DNA of 64,000 nt. Origin: Eledone cirrhosa (lineage: Eukaryota). The notes beneath the pieces were generated by a model that saw only the letters and a list, made by a program, of their open reading frames with translations, ran no database searches and was not told where the DNA came from. The stretch lies in the NCBI GenBank assembly GCA_964016885.1, contig OZ024740.1, forward strand, positions 375,782,001-375,846,000, given 5' to 3'. Shown here piece after piece: positions 28,905 through 42,269 of the stretch. The translations under genes and the position numbers were made by a program. The stretch's first letter is position 1; the number at the start of each line of letters is the position of its first letter.

Positions 28905-29795
28905 TAATATACTATAAAGTATGTCCATAGAATCATTTGATAATATATATACACCATTTCCTCTCCCAATTAGCATAATTAACCACATAAAAAATCAATT
29001 AGACCCGACTATAAGATTGATCGACTAAATATACCGTCAACCATACACAATTAGGTATAACATTAAAGTTAGAAGAAATGCCGACATACTTACCAGGATC
29101 GTGTCTCTACCCTCGGGTTTCGTTCGCATTTTGAGATATCCTATTAAGGATAAAATCTCGAACTCGTCAGAAATCAAACTCATAGGACCAGTAATTTTTT
29201 AAAGTGATCCCCGCCAGAAACAGATTCAAAATGGCTGAGAATTGTGACGTGGCGGTGGTCAAGTCAGAAAGAATGTGATTGGTTGCTTACGGCGAGTGGG
29301 CTGGTGCCAGAAAGCGCAGCCCAATAGTGCCCAAATTGCATCTCAATCTAATGGGAGATTATTAAATATAAATATTTACATATACACAAACTAGACAAAG
29401 TCACAGATATATATGTTTGTTTCCTGAGGAGTTCGAAGCTCGAGATTTTATCTTAATAGGATATCTCAAAATGCGAACGATATCCAAGTGTAGAGACATG
29501 ATCCTAGTAAGTGTGTATGCAATTCTTCTAACTTTAATTTTATACCTAATTGTGTATGGTTGACGGTATATTTAGTCGATTTCCACGTGCTGTTGAAATG
29601 TTGGGTAAATATTCTATGGTGGTCGGCCGCGAAGAGATTGCTGTCGTTTATTTATCTACCATTTCTTCATAGGTGCCTTTTAATCTTATAGCCTGGCCTA
29701 ATTGATTTGTTATGTGGTTAATTATGCTAATTGGGAGAGGAAATGGTGTATATATATTATCAAATGATTCTATGGACATACTTTATAGTATATAT
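28905..29795. repeat. Inverted repeat (28905-29165 / 29435-29795) around a GC-richer promoter-like spacer
   Basis: Arms align by eye, with a ~100-bp insert in the right arm. The spacer has CAAAATGGC, TGACGT, ATTGG and CCAAT. Confidence 0.8.
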
Positions 29796-29892
29796 ATATA
29801 TTTATATATATATTATTTATAGTTATGTATACACTATATACAACTATAAACAGGAAAGGTCAGTAATTTATTACTACCTTATTACCAGTAAG

Positions 29893-31912
29893 AAAAATAA
29901 CATGTTTACAAGCATATCAGGCACGCAAAGCTGTTTTTGTATTAAAAGTATGGGTTTATGGTGGATGTAGTGTGACGGTTGTTTCTGTAATGTTCAAATG
30001 TGTATGTGCTGAGAGTAACAATGTTATTGCTATATTTTCCATCACATCAGCTCTGTTTTATTTTAGTGAATGTTTTTAATCAGTCACAGCCATGGATTGT
30101 ACAGCGGTCCTATTATATTGCTATCCGGGGTCGAGTTGCTATGGAGTGATTCTTCTAACGGTTTAATTTCCGGAATTGAGTTTGATCTATATTAAGGGCA
30201 CAAATACCATAATCTTATCAATAAATATACCATTAAAATCTCTTACTCTACCACAGCTCACATCGCATACCATATAGCTAGTAGTAATAAAAGGAAGATT
30301 AATAATTATTTCCAACTAATTAAATCACAACAGGGGTAAATTTACAGGGCAACATAGTACCAGATATTTCTAGTAGCACTAATAATAATGATAATAGCAC
30401 TAATGAAATTAATAACAATGGGAACGACAACCATCATTACCCTACTGCTATCCCTAACAACCAGGCATCTACACAACATAGTAACCAGCAAGCAAACAAC
30501 CAAAATAACTGTAACTGTAGAACAAATAGAACTTGCCCCTTAGGTAAAAATTGCTTAATCAAAGACATCATTTACTCATGCACGGTCAACACAAACAACT
30601 CTTCTAAAACATATATCGGTTCAACTTCGAACTGTTTCAAGACGAGATATAACTCGCATCTCCAGACTTTCAAACATCGCAATGTAGCCAACTCCACTTC
30701 TTTATCTAGCTACATACACTCTCTGAAAACTAGGCATAGACCATATACACTTCAATGGGAGATAGTAGATAGGGTCGCATCGTATAAACCACGAAATAAA
30801 TTATGTAACATCTGTCTCCTAGAGACCCGAACAATAATATATTCTGAGCTAGACCTCCTAAATAGAAAATCATAGGTTTTTTCGATGTCCCAGCACTACC
30901 AGCGACACTCTTTCCATAGCTTTAAACTTAGCTGCTAATATATAACCATGTCAAATCTGAATTTCTCACCACCATTAACACTTCACCTCTAGGTCTTATC
31001 AGCATATAAGTACCCCCACAACATCAAACTCTATGATCAGCTCGTCACTCTACCTAACTCCTTTTTATCTCAAACTTTATACTATACAATAACTATTAGG
31101 AATAAACATAAGCTAACACCATTTAATATAATCACTATAGCTTGCTTATATTATATTCAGTAATGGATAGATAATAATCTGATGAGACGCTTAATGTAGT
31201 ATGGGAAAATAAATTATATTTATAATTAATTATATAAATTAATAGCATTATATATATGGGATTCACTTATAACATAATATAATGTATATTAATAGCACAA
31301 GAGATTTAACTAATTGGACCTGCGAACAACTATACATTTTTTCCTATAGCTTTCTTATACTTTATTCAGTAATGGATAGATAACAATATAATGAAACCTT
31401 TAATGTATTATAGGAAAATAGATTGTCTTTAAAATGAAATATAAACAAATATCATTATATAAAAGGGATTCACTTATAACACAATATAGTGTATATCAAC
31501 ACACAGAATGTAACTAATTGGAGCTGTAAACAACTTTACATTGTTCTAGCTTCTTAAATCATTTACAATATAATTGCTAATTACCTCCCCTTTCGTATTA
31601 GCTCCTCTTAATATAGATCAAACTCACGTCCGGAAATTAAACCGTTAGAAGAATCACTCCATAGCAACTCGAACCCCGGATAGCAATATACTAGGACCGC
31701 TGTACAATCCATGGCTGTGACTGATTAAAAGCATTCACTAAAATAAAACATAGCCAATGTGATGGAAAAGATATCAATAACATTGATACTCTCAGCACAT
31801 ACACATTTGAACATTACATAAACTACAGTCACACTACATCCACCATAAACCCATAATTTTAATACAAAAACAGCTTTGCCTGCCTGATATGCTTGTAAAC
31901 ATATGTTATTTT
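29893..31912 (+). mobile_element. 5'-truncated PLE (Naiad-like GIY-YIG, 30199-30873) between ~285-bp inverted repeats (29893-30175 / 31630-31912)
   Basis: HKYHNLINKYTIKISYST...CNCRTNRTCPLGKNCLIKDIIYSC...YIGSTSNCFKTRYNSH...WEIV..CNICLLE..LLNRKS; has the CxCx5C motif. Confidence 0.88.
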
Positions 31913-32755
31913 ATGTGATACCTTTGCCTTGCAGAAATTATATATGCCTAGTACCATTGCCTGTTTCATTCCTGTATATGCCTAATGCATTTGCACTCTC
32001 TATACGCTTGATTATGTACTGCTAGTCTCCTCGTTTTACGAGTAACTTTCTACTTTAATGCCTCTTTAATGGTTATACTATTCCCTTATAATCTATGTGG
32101 CATGCATTCCACTGTGTGCCTTTTTAATTTTTAATTTTAATTATTGTCTTGAAATCTATGTCGCGTCCATTCTATGTCGCGTCCATTCCACTCTGTAAAT
32201 ACGAAACTGTTGTTGACAACATTAATATACATGTATCTATATGATTGTTCAGTTGAAAAGGAGGTTAATTATATGTACAAACATTGCTAGAGGTCCGATG
32301 AAACGAAACGATAGTTTGGAAGAATCGATTGTCAGCAATAAAATGATTTGAACATAGCTTTGATTATTGTGTAATTTATATTCCGGCTCTGTAAAACATC
32401 TCATGTATTTACATATATGTATACAGACGTAATAAGCGCCGCTAAACTGATACGTGCATATATGTATGTGTACCTGTATGCATATGTATGTATATATGTA
32501 TATATATATATATATGTGCATGCTACTGTACGTCTGTATACATATATGTATGTACGTATACATGCATACTTACATTTAAGTAAGTGCCATACTAAGAGTG
32601 AGAAATGAAATTTCGTTTTCATTTTGTTTCAATTTATCGTTTTCGGTATGCCTGACCGATTTAACTCACTCAATATGCAAATTAGGCTACTCAGCCATTA
32701 ATTTTCATAAGGAAAGTATATACTTTCGAACGTTCAACTATCTGGCAGATGGGTA

Positions 32756-32800
32756 AACGGTGCTGATGATAGCTAACAAGCTTGAAACTAGTACATCGTT
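32756..32800 (+). ncRNA. Minimal type I hammerhead ribozyme
   Basis: AACGGTG-CTGATGA-TAGCT AACA AGCTT-GAAA-CTAG-TA-CATCGTT; palindromic stem III ACTAGT. Confidence 0.82.
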
Positions 32801-33229
32801 CCTGTGTCAGTGTTGAACAAAAAGGTGACGTGGTTGCCTTAACACCGTATGGCATAAATTCAGGCTGTTCAGTTTGTTTACAAACGAACAAAGCTACGTT
32901 ATAATAAGCGCCGCTAAACTGATACGTGCATATATGTATGTGTACCTGTATGCATATGTATGTATATATGTATATATATATATATATATGTGCATGCTAC
33001 TGTACGTCTGTATACATATATGTATGTACGTATACATGCATACTTACATTTAAGTAAGTGCCATACTAAGAGTGAGAAATGAAATTTCGTTTTCATTTTG
33101 TTTCAATTTATCGTTTTCGGTATGCCTGACCGATTTAACTCACTCAATATGCAAATTAGGCTGCTCAGCCGTTAATTTTCATAAGGAAAGTATATACTTT
33201 CGAACGTTCAACTATCTGGCAGATGGGTA

Positions 33230-33274
33230 AACGGTGCTGATGATAGCTAACAAGCTTGAAACTAGTACATCGTT
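33230..33274 (+). ncRNA. Minimal type I hammerhead ribozyme, identical tandem copy
   Basis: Identical to 32756-32800, 474 bp downstream. Confidence 0.82.
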
Positions 33275-33432
33275 CCTGTGTCAGTGTTGAACAAAAAGGT
33301 GACGTGGTTGCCTTAACACCGTATGGCATAAATTCAGGCTGTTCAGTTTGTTTACAAATGAACAAAGCGACGTTATAATAAGCGCCGCTAAACTGATACG
33401 TGCATATATGTATGTGTACCTGTATGCATATG

Positions 33433-33468
<36 letters not shown>

Positions 33469-33536
33469 CATGCTACTGTACGTCTGTATACATATATGTA
33501 TGTACGTATACATGCATACTTACATATATATATATG

Positions 33537-33567
<31 letters not shown>

Positions 33568-34199
33568 TATAGTATAGTGAGTTTATTTGGAAATATCTTA
33601 TGATTGACCCTGTCACAGTCCAGGCAACAGAAGATAGATTAATAGATTAGACATGCTTCATTTGAGATTATGAACAACAGAGTTGACATCGATCATCATT
33701 CTTTGATATCGGAAGGTTGTTTAGAGACCTAATTGGTGCTGCTGATGTTAGGGTGTTTACTCATGTGACATTACACCGGGTTACTAAGAACAATGTCAAA
33801 TTATCGGTATTGCTGTGGTAGCTCTGTGACTTAGCTTGTAATGTACGAAATATGTAGCGAAACTCACCTTTACGTTTTCCTATTGAAAATCTTAAGATAT
33901 TTGTGTGTATGCGCCAAGGTGACGTCTGGGCGAGGAAAGGAAAACATCGTAACTTATACTTGGTGTAACCAAATCATATATTCCTCCTGATTCTCAAAAC
34001 ATTCTTACACATTATTTATTTCCTAATACGGAAATGATATGCTTGTGTTCTGGATTTCACTTTCTGTCGAGTTAGTAGCCCCATGTCGTATGCAAATATC
34101 GGCCAACTGATAAACCACTCTCGCGAATTGTGATGGACTTTCGACCTGGATAGGCATGTCAATAGAATTATTGTATATAATGCATAGCAGACGTTACAA

Positions 34200-35410
34200 G
34201 ACGTACTATCGGCAGAGTCTGACACCCACATTGATTAGTTCTAACTGTTATTAGAGCAATTTACCTTGTGTCCCATTTTAAAATGTGGATTATCACTCCA
34301 GATTTCCATTGCTTTGATGCTTTCAAAGTTTGACTTTTAACTTCTTGACCGAATATCATCCTTCGAAAACACTTTGATACATTTGAGCCGTGTAATTGAT
34401 CCGGTGGACTCAGATTCCGAGTAGTTTTCTTTTGCACCTAGCTCTCATTCCAGATTTAGATGAGCAAAGTATTCTTTCCGCCTCGAGAGGATGCACCGTT
34501 CATGAGAAAGAAATTCAAACGAGTTCTAAATAGCTGGCGTACAGGAAAACTTCATTTTACGTAGGCGGTGTGTGGTCCGTTAGAGCGTCCCACTTAATCC
34601 TCTAGGTCTAGTTGGACCAGTCAATTTTGCGGGTGTTTGCTATCAAAACTTGTTGTGATCCATTGTTAGTTTAACCTCTCTTTTAACACAGATATACTGC
34701 ACAGAATCGAACAGATCAGAGACAATAAAAAAGATCAATTACTGATCACAGACCTCGATGTTTCATTTATCATGTACACCTATGGGTATATTTTACTTAA
34801 AAAAGGTGCCAATAATAAAGAACCCACCATTACCAGAACAGATATATAATTAGATGTCTTATTTTGCATGTAGACCGATGTTAACAGACATTGGAATCAT
34901 TCCTTTTCATGTCATGTGAGCAGAGTAGACCTGTGCATAGTAGACTCCCAGTAGGATATATAACTCAGTATTTACATCTAAATCTGCAATGCCATCGTTA
35001 AAGAAGGATGTGTACCTGGTCTCTCTTTTAGACTCATAGCTTTATACCATCAAGAGTGGCGCTTCTACAGCCTGCGTTTTAGGAACCAAATCCTCCATCG
35101 CAATGGGCTTAATTCCACAATGCATTCCAATGACCAGATTTTATGAGTATCCCCACTACCGAACGTCTAGGTTTCTAGCACCACACCACAATTATTGAGT
35201 TTCAATCTTTCGTCAAACGATACCGTTCAAAATAAATGGAACTGTGTTGATGAAGCCGCGGCTATAACTATCCGGTAACATCTGGCTTCTTCAAATAGCT
35301 CCGGCTCCTTAACTGTAAGGGTTGTGAAGTTCCAGCTGCAAATTATTAATGTGTGTACCTTTATTGACCCAATGTAATATCCAGGGACATGCAATATATG
35401 TACATCCATA
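34200..35410 (-). mobile_element. Heavily decayed RTE-type LINE APE endonuclease region
   Basis: ICSWNFTTLTVKEPELFEEARCYRIVI..SST resembles the APE N-terminus; the left boundary is a guess. Confidence 0.45.
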
Positions 35411-38400
35411 CTACGCCTCCCATGCTAATTGACATTCGATGGGGACAGCTATATAATTTTCGAACGCCTTTCACCCCTATCTAAGGTTTTGTTACATCAC
35501 CTGAAGCAGGGTGATTGTTTTTATTAAATATTACCAGAAGGTAATTTTTTGTAGTTTTATTCGCGCCAGGCACCAATATTTTTATGTTCTCAGACCTAAA
35601 TCTTAGCGTTATTAGATCACTTTACACGCCTAATAGTAACTCAATTGCTGGCTTCTGGGAGTCTTCCTGGTAGCCAAAAATGCCACACATTTCTCTATCG
35701 CATATATGATCTTATGGTAAATTTGTCCTGGACTGCTTATTCGTCAAGCAGATGCCCACTTACATCGCATCAAACCCCCATATTTTGTGGTCGTATCGCT
35801 TTCCGACATCTTCGGCCACATATCCTAAAATGAAGTCAATTATATGATAACATTGTAACCGATATATATTACAAATTTCTAGAAAATGTATGCGCTGAAC
35901 ACCCTCGATAATAAACTGTTTTGATCAAAACTAAATTCAACTAAGCCATGTATAAATAACGTCGGAATACCATAGATGTAGTGTTAGACTAGCGCTTGTT
36001 ATAATATTTTTAATAGATAATATGGTGTTCATATACTACATGTTCTTTTTTCTGTAATATATTGTGGTAGATTGTATGAAATATTTAATAGAAATCGAAA
36101 GTTTATTAATAATATCTATTCTAATTTTAAAATGTTGACCTGTCATTGTATCTTTACTGTACCTCATGATATCATATCTTATAAAATAAACCTGTCTATT
36201 TCCAGAAAGCAATTTACGTGGTAATTATTTATCAGTCCTGCAACAAGGCGTATCTCGGATCTGCATATCAAGATCCTTCGAATTGTAATTTACTTCTTAG
36301 CATTTGATTAGCTACTGATGCTGTAAATCTGTTTATGGATCAGATGAACAACATTACTAATCTACATCCATAACATAGTGACATGCATTAAAATAATTAA
36401 CAGAAGCATCATTTTCTTTCAACATTCAGTAATCAAACAGAGCCATTATTGATAACTGAATTGAAGGGATCAAATATAATAAATATAATTTTCCAATACA
36501 TTCCATTCAATGCCGTTTATTCTCATACATTTCATTTTATCCTTTCGGCTTCACCGTATAAACCAGATGTATAGTAGCGCAAATCAAAATCCTATACTAA
36601 GAATTTTATATTACGAAAATGACATTATTTCTGGAATAAATGATTGTAAAAAATAATTATGTATTTAATCACGCTTAACATCTTCAGACGGTAATATAAC
36701 TAATATTGATACGTATATCATTTTTCCAGAGTTGTTGACAAAACATTTCTACCGCTTATATTTCAAGTCGATTGAAAGTATGTAATTGGCAAGAAATCAT
36801 ACACTCTTCCAAACTATGTTTACCGTAATCAAATTCAAATATTTCCCCAAAGCATCACGGAATAAAATAACTTCATCACTTTTAGATACTTTATACACAA
36901 AATTTCACTTATGCGTCAGAAACTACAGGATGTAATTAATATGTTTTCATACAAGATGAAGTTAATATGATGTTGTCGGTTGGGGTTTGAAATAAATAAA
37001 AGAACATTCGATTTCACATTTATATTTATTTAGTCACCTTATTAAATTTATGATTTGAATTAATTTACAACAGCTACGAACAAAAAAGTCCATGTTTTTT
37101 ATATTCATAACGAGACTATATATATATATACATATATATACACGCACACACTCACAGCCACACACACACACGCATACATACACATATATATCAGAGAGGG
37201 TGTGGTAAGATACCAGGTGGACCATAATAAGGAGAGTCTCGATACTTGGGGTAGTAGAGTGGGTAATATGAAAAGATTCAGGAACCCAACGGCTGAGCTC
37301 CTTCCAACAGCTACATCCGAACTAAGCCACCAGTATTAGAACAGCGAGAATGTAGCTAGAGTTATCAAGGCGTACAGCCCATATATGGGCATGCACTCAA
37401 TGCCAAAAAAGCCAAAAATCATAAAAGTGTGTTGTTTTTCTGGTTTCTTTCCGGGAGTTGTCAGTAAACAGGGGGGATGTGGTTACCCCAGATCAAATGG
37501 CTCATTTAGTCCTGCTAAATGTCATGTATATAGTTTATTACCTTATTGGTAGCGGGGGACTAGAAACGCCGAAATACCAGGGGGAAGGGGTTAGTAGACG
37601 AACTTACCTGAAAATCCAAGCCGGTCGGGCCCACACGCACGGCATTAAGAGAGATTCTATCCTAAACAACTACTTCTAATCCGTAGAAATGGTATTTTGC
37701 TTAACTTCCATTCAAAGGGGAAATAAACTAACAAACGATAAAACATATATATATTCGGGATATATAAGTCAAAGATGGTAGGGTAATGTATTTATGTTAA
37801 TTTTTTTTTCTAACAATTTATGAGTTCCAAAATTCATTTATTTATTTTGAACCAACACTGAAAACATCACATTATTTCAAGGTCATTCTATGTGGCATTT
37901 GAATAATTGCTCCCATCATATATACGTATGAATAAATAGCCTCCTGTTAATACTATCTGCGTGTTGGGAGTTGTTAGAAATGAATCTTGATTGAATTGGT
38001 TTTTCACACGAATCTAAGGATTTCTGTTTTAATCGCAAGCTTATGTAAATATGATACCATTTAAATTAACCATAGTCTTAAATGTATGATTTACGCCAAA
38101 TTCTTAATGCTCAATCTATGTCAGATGACCATTTGTCATCACACTAAATTAAAAAAATTGTATGATAGATTCTAGTTTATAATTTTATCACTATATGTAG
38201 AAACACTCAATCTATTTTTTTTTATATACATTATTTATGTATGAATTACCGGTTTGCCAAATAATACATGAACATCTAACTTTACGAATGTTATCCAAAA
38301 ATAAGAGTCAACGTAATAACTTAAGTCAAAGGGAAATTATACATTTTCCGCTCATGTTCACGTCAATATACACACCCACATACATACACACACATACATA

Positions 38401-38536
38401 CACACACATACACACACACATACACACACACACGCAAACAAACGTACACACAGGCAAAACACATACACGCACACACACCCACACATATATATATATAGTT
38501 CACTAACGAATACGCACACACGAAACCATACATACA

Positions 38537-38619
<83 letters not shown>

Positions 38620-38961
38620 ATGTGGTACGTGCTTGTGTGTGTGTATTCGTGAGCGAATAATAATAATATTATATATAAGCACACAGCCTCATAAACACCG
38701 CGTGTTAGATGACCAACGTCATCTTCTTTTTTCTGTGGTAGCTGAGAAGAAACAATCGACAATTGTTTGGGAGCATTTGCTCCTTCTCAACAATGTGTAT
38801 TCTCATCAATGCTACCCACTGGAACTGCTGAGGATAAACAGTATTATAAAATGTATACATAGGCAGATTAGCCTCCTTTGGCGAAAATTAAAAAACAAAT
38901 ATTTGTTTAGGTCTTCGCATGATGGATACCTAAATGTATTCGGTGTGAATAATGATAATAT

Positions 38962-39155
38962 AATAATTGTTTCTACTGTTGGCACAGGTCCAGCAATTAT
39001 CCCAGTGTATTACTGATACTTTATTTTATCGACCCCGTAAGGATGAAAGGCAAAGATAACCTCGGCAGGATTTAATCTGAGAACGTAAAGGGGCGTTTCT
39101 CTATGCTAAAACCCATTGCATCCGACCCTCTACCGATATTGCCAATCCACCGCCC
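38962..39155 (-). mobile_element. tRNA-derived SINE
   Basis: Family match. Confidence 0.8.
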
Positions 39156-40767
39156 TAAAACTGATATCTTGTTATACTTTGGGAGGATAATACTGCCAAT
39201 AAAAAAAAATTAATATTCTATTTGTGTGCATGTATATGTGTCTGTGTGTGTGCGCGCGCGCGTGTGTGTATATTGAAGGTCGTTCAGTGAATTACAAGTA
39301 TTGGTGCTAGAGCAAGCAATCTATGCACAGTGTATATATTAGAAAAAAACTGAGGAAGTCTCGTTGACATATAAAAGATATTGATTGTGTATCGACCTGT
39401 TATGGGCGTTTCGACTGAAGATTGGCACAATATCACCACAGGAGTTATGGACCCGTCTCCATTATCGATCTGCTCCTCAACTGGCATTGTGGCATATAGC
39501 GTGTTTGATAAAAGGGAAAATTATTGTAATGTGTAATTTTTTAATTAGTTTAAGCAAACACAAAAGTTTTTGGTTACTGTATTCCTGCTTCCACTCACGG
39601 ATGAGTTATTCATTGAATAAATAAGTTTCTAGTACTCAAAATATATTGAACTTCAGTACACTGAAGAGTTAAAGTGGACCCATGGCTTCATTAATGGGAA
39701 TATGCTTCTGAGGATTTCTGCTGATTTTGACCAGGTCATCTACCATTCTTTCAAGAATGTGAAAGATTCATGGATGCTGATTTATTGCAAAGATGATTTT
39801 AAGATTGAATGTATTTTTGATAAAAAAAAACTATTCTTTCCTTTTTTCACCATAAGCATTATCTGGGGTTTGAAAGAATTCTAAATTGAAAATAATGAAG
39901 TTGCTTGTCAAATTACATCAATTCAATGCAAACATTGTAACATGGTTTGAATAAATTAGTGATCCCTCCTCTTTATAATGAATATATTATGCCTAAGATG
40001 CATTATCATTTTCCATAGAAAATGGTTTGTGATGTTTATAAATATTTTAGTTAACCCATTTAAGAGATTAAGAAGCATCTAGACGGAATATTCAGTATTA
40101 AGGATCAATAATGTTTTGTTAATAAATGATCATTTTACATCATATATGTAAATATTCAAATAACAACAGAATAGATCACCCACATGCAAAACTGGTTTTT
40201 GATATTTTAATTAAAAACTACCATTATTTTGAATAATATCAATATATGCGAGCTCCTGTATTCGAATTACCATATTAAAAAATACGTTCTTTCTCAATAG
40301 AGGATATACTAGCAAATCTAATATCCTAGTTAATTTCTTCCTTCAAATAATCATTATCGATGTGTACTTCAATTTCAAATATAACTCTTTAAACCAAAAC
40401 AGAATATGTGTGAGTTTGTTTCAGATATTATGCCGATTTGTGTATGTATACATTTATATATATATAAATTCATTTGAGTAAATCTTAACTTATTAAATGA
40501 TTAAATTCAAATATATATAAAGTTATCTACATTATATGATAACTTTACAAACATATATATATACACACACACACATATGTATACATATATGTAACGAAGA
40601 TATATAGATGTATATATTTATATATTTATATATATATATATATATAATCTGAGTTTTTTTAAATATTAATAATAACATTTGATCGTTTGCAATTATGCAA
40701 ACAAACCTCAATTTTATAGCCATGTCAGTAGAATGAACCCTTAATTCTTGTTCTTGTGTTGGCATGT

Positions 40768-40828
40768 GAACAGAATGCAGACACTAACGTTTCTGGGTAT
40801 CACCCTTCGTCAGTACAACTCACTGTTC
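40768..40828 (-). ncRNA. Type I hammerhead (CUGACGA core)
   Basis: GTTGTA-CTGACGA-AGGGTGATACCCA-GAAA-CGTTAGT-GTC-TGCA. Confidence 0.7.
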
Positions 40829-41285
40829 ATCTGCCAAACTGTCAGAGCTAGTGAAAATATATGCTATTTTCAAAAGTACACTGATCGGCCTGATTTGCAT
40901 ATTAGCAGACTGTCTGATCAGTCAGATCTTCATATTAGCAAATCTGCTTGTTTGCATAATTGCAAACAAATGAATCGAATGTTATTATTAATTGAAACGC
41001 AAATGAATCGAATGTTATTATTAATATTCGAAAAAGACAAATTACATTTATTGTATTCAGCCATGTAGAGTGAACATTTTCTTTTTTAACGCCGGCCATT
41101 TATCGCTCATATACAGTAAACTGACTGGCCAGTCTGCTGATATGCAAATCTGGCTGATCAGTGGATCAGCTAATATGCAGATCTGACTGATTAGCCAGCC
41201 TGCTAATATACAAATCAGGCCGATCAGTCACTGTATATTTTTGAAAATAGCATATATTTTCACTAGCTCTAACAGTTTGGCAGGT

Positions 41286-41346
41286 AAACAGTCAGCTGTA
41301 CTGATGAAGGGTGATGTCCAGAAACATTAGTGTCTGCAGTTCTGTT
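41286..41346 (+). ncRNA. Type I hammerhead (weakened stem II)
   Basis: GCTGTA-CTGATGA-AGGGTGATGTCCA-GAAA-CATTAGT-GTC-TGCAGT. Confidence 0.65.
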
Positions 41347-41455
41347 CACATGCCAACACAAGAGAAAGAATGAAGGGTTCATTCTACTGACATGGCTATA
41401 AAATTGAGGCTTGTTTGTATAATTGCAAACGAATCGAATGTTATTATTTATATTC

Positions 41456-41645
41456 GGTGGATTGGCAGTATCGGTACGCAGTCGGACGCGATGCTTTGAC
41501 GTATAGAGTTTACGGCCCTTGCTATTCTGAGTTCAAATCCCGCCGAGGTTAACTTTGCTTTTCATCCTTACGGGGTCGATAAAATAAAGTACCAGTAATG
41601 CACTGGGTAATTGCTGGCCGTGTGCCAAAAGTAGAAACAATTATT
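41456..41645 (+). mobile_element. tRNA-derived SINE with ~14-bp TSD
   Basis: ATTATTwATATTCG on both sides; the only plus-strand copy I found. Confidence 0.88.
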
Positions 41646-41721
41646 AATATTCGAAAATCTCAGATTACATTTATTGTATTCAGCCATGTAGAGCGAAAAT
41701 TGTCTTTTATATATATATATA

Positions 41722-41756
<35 letters not shown>

Positions 41757-42136
41757 CTGGAAGGTAAGATCCGTAGTGGTAGAGCACTCAGTCCATGGGA
41801 CGAGTTGGTAGATGAGGTAACACAGCAATTAGTTCCCCGTACCGAGAACAATTGTTTCACCTTGCGTACTTCATTCTTCTCGGTATGGTGAACTAACTGT
41901 TGTGTTACCACTTCTATATAAGGGAAACAATGACTTCACTTATAGTTCTCAACAATTTAATTTAATTTTATAATATGATTTTACAATTTGATTTGGTAGA
42001 ACTACCAAACCAAATTGTAAAATTACAATATTATAAAATTAAATTAAATTGTTTAGCACTACAAGTGAAGTCAATCTTTTCCTTTATTAAAACATACCTA
42101 ACTGTACCAAGGATTTCACACATTTGCCTATACACA

Positions 42137-42269
<133 letters not shown>

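Larger units (their letters stand above)
32430..33524 (+). mobile_element. HHR-bearing ~474-bp tandem repeat (2.3 units), retrozyme/pLTR-like
   Basis: Near-identical units start at 32430, 32902 and 33376. Each full unit has ATGCAAAT and a hammerhead. Confidence 0.8.
40660..41710. mobile_element. Head-to-head inverted copies of the 441-bp HHR family, interrupted by a SINE
   Basis: 40660-40940 has the same orientation as 20530-20820; 40945-41455 and 41645-41705 are inverted. Confidence 0.75.

Noticed and set aside
29086-29098. ATACTTACC matching the U1 snRNA 5' end
   Set aside because: The rest of U1 is absent; it is simply the complement of a splice donor.
31179-31215. Isolated CTGATGA (also 26033, 44712, 58470, 59395)
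   Set aside because: No paired stem II followed by GAAA and a closing stem I.
41456-41545. tRNA gene
   Set aside because: The A/B boxes belong to a SINE head; there is no full cloverleaf.
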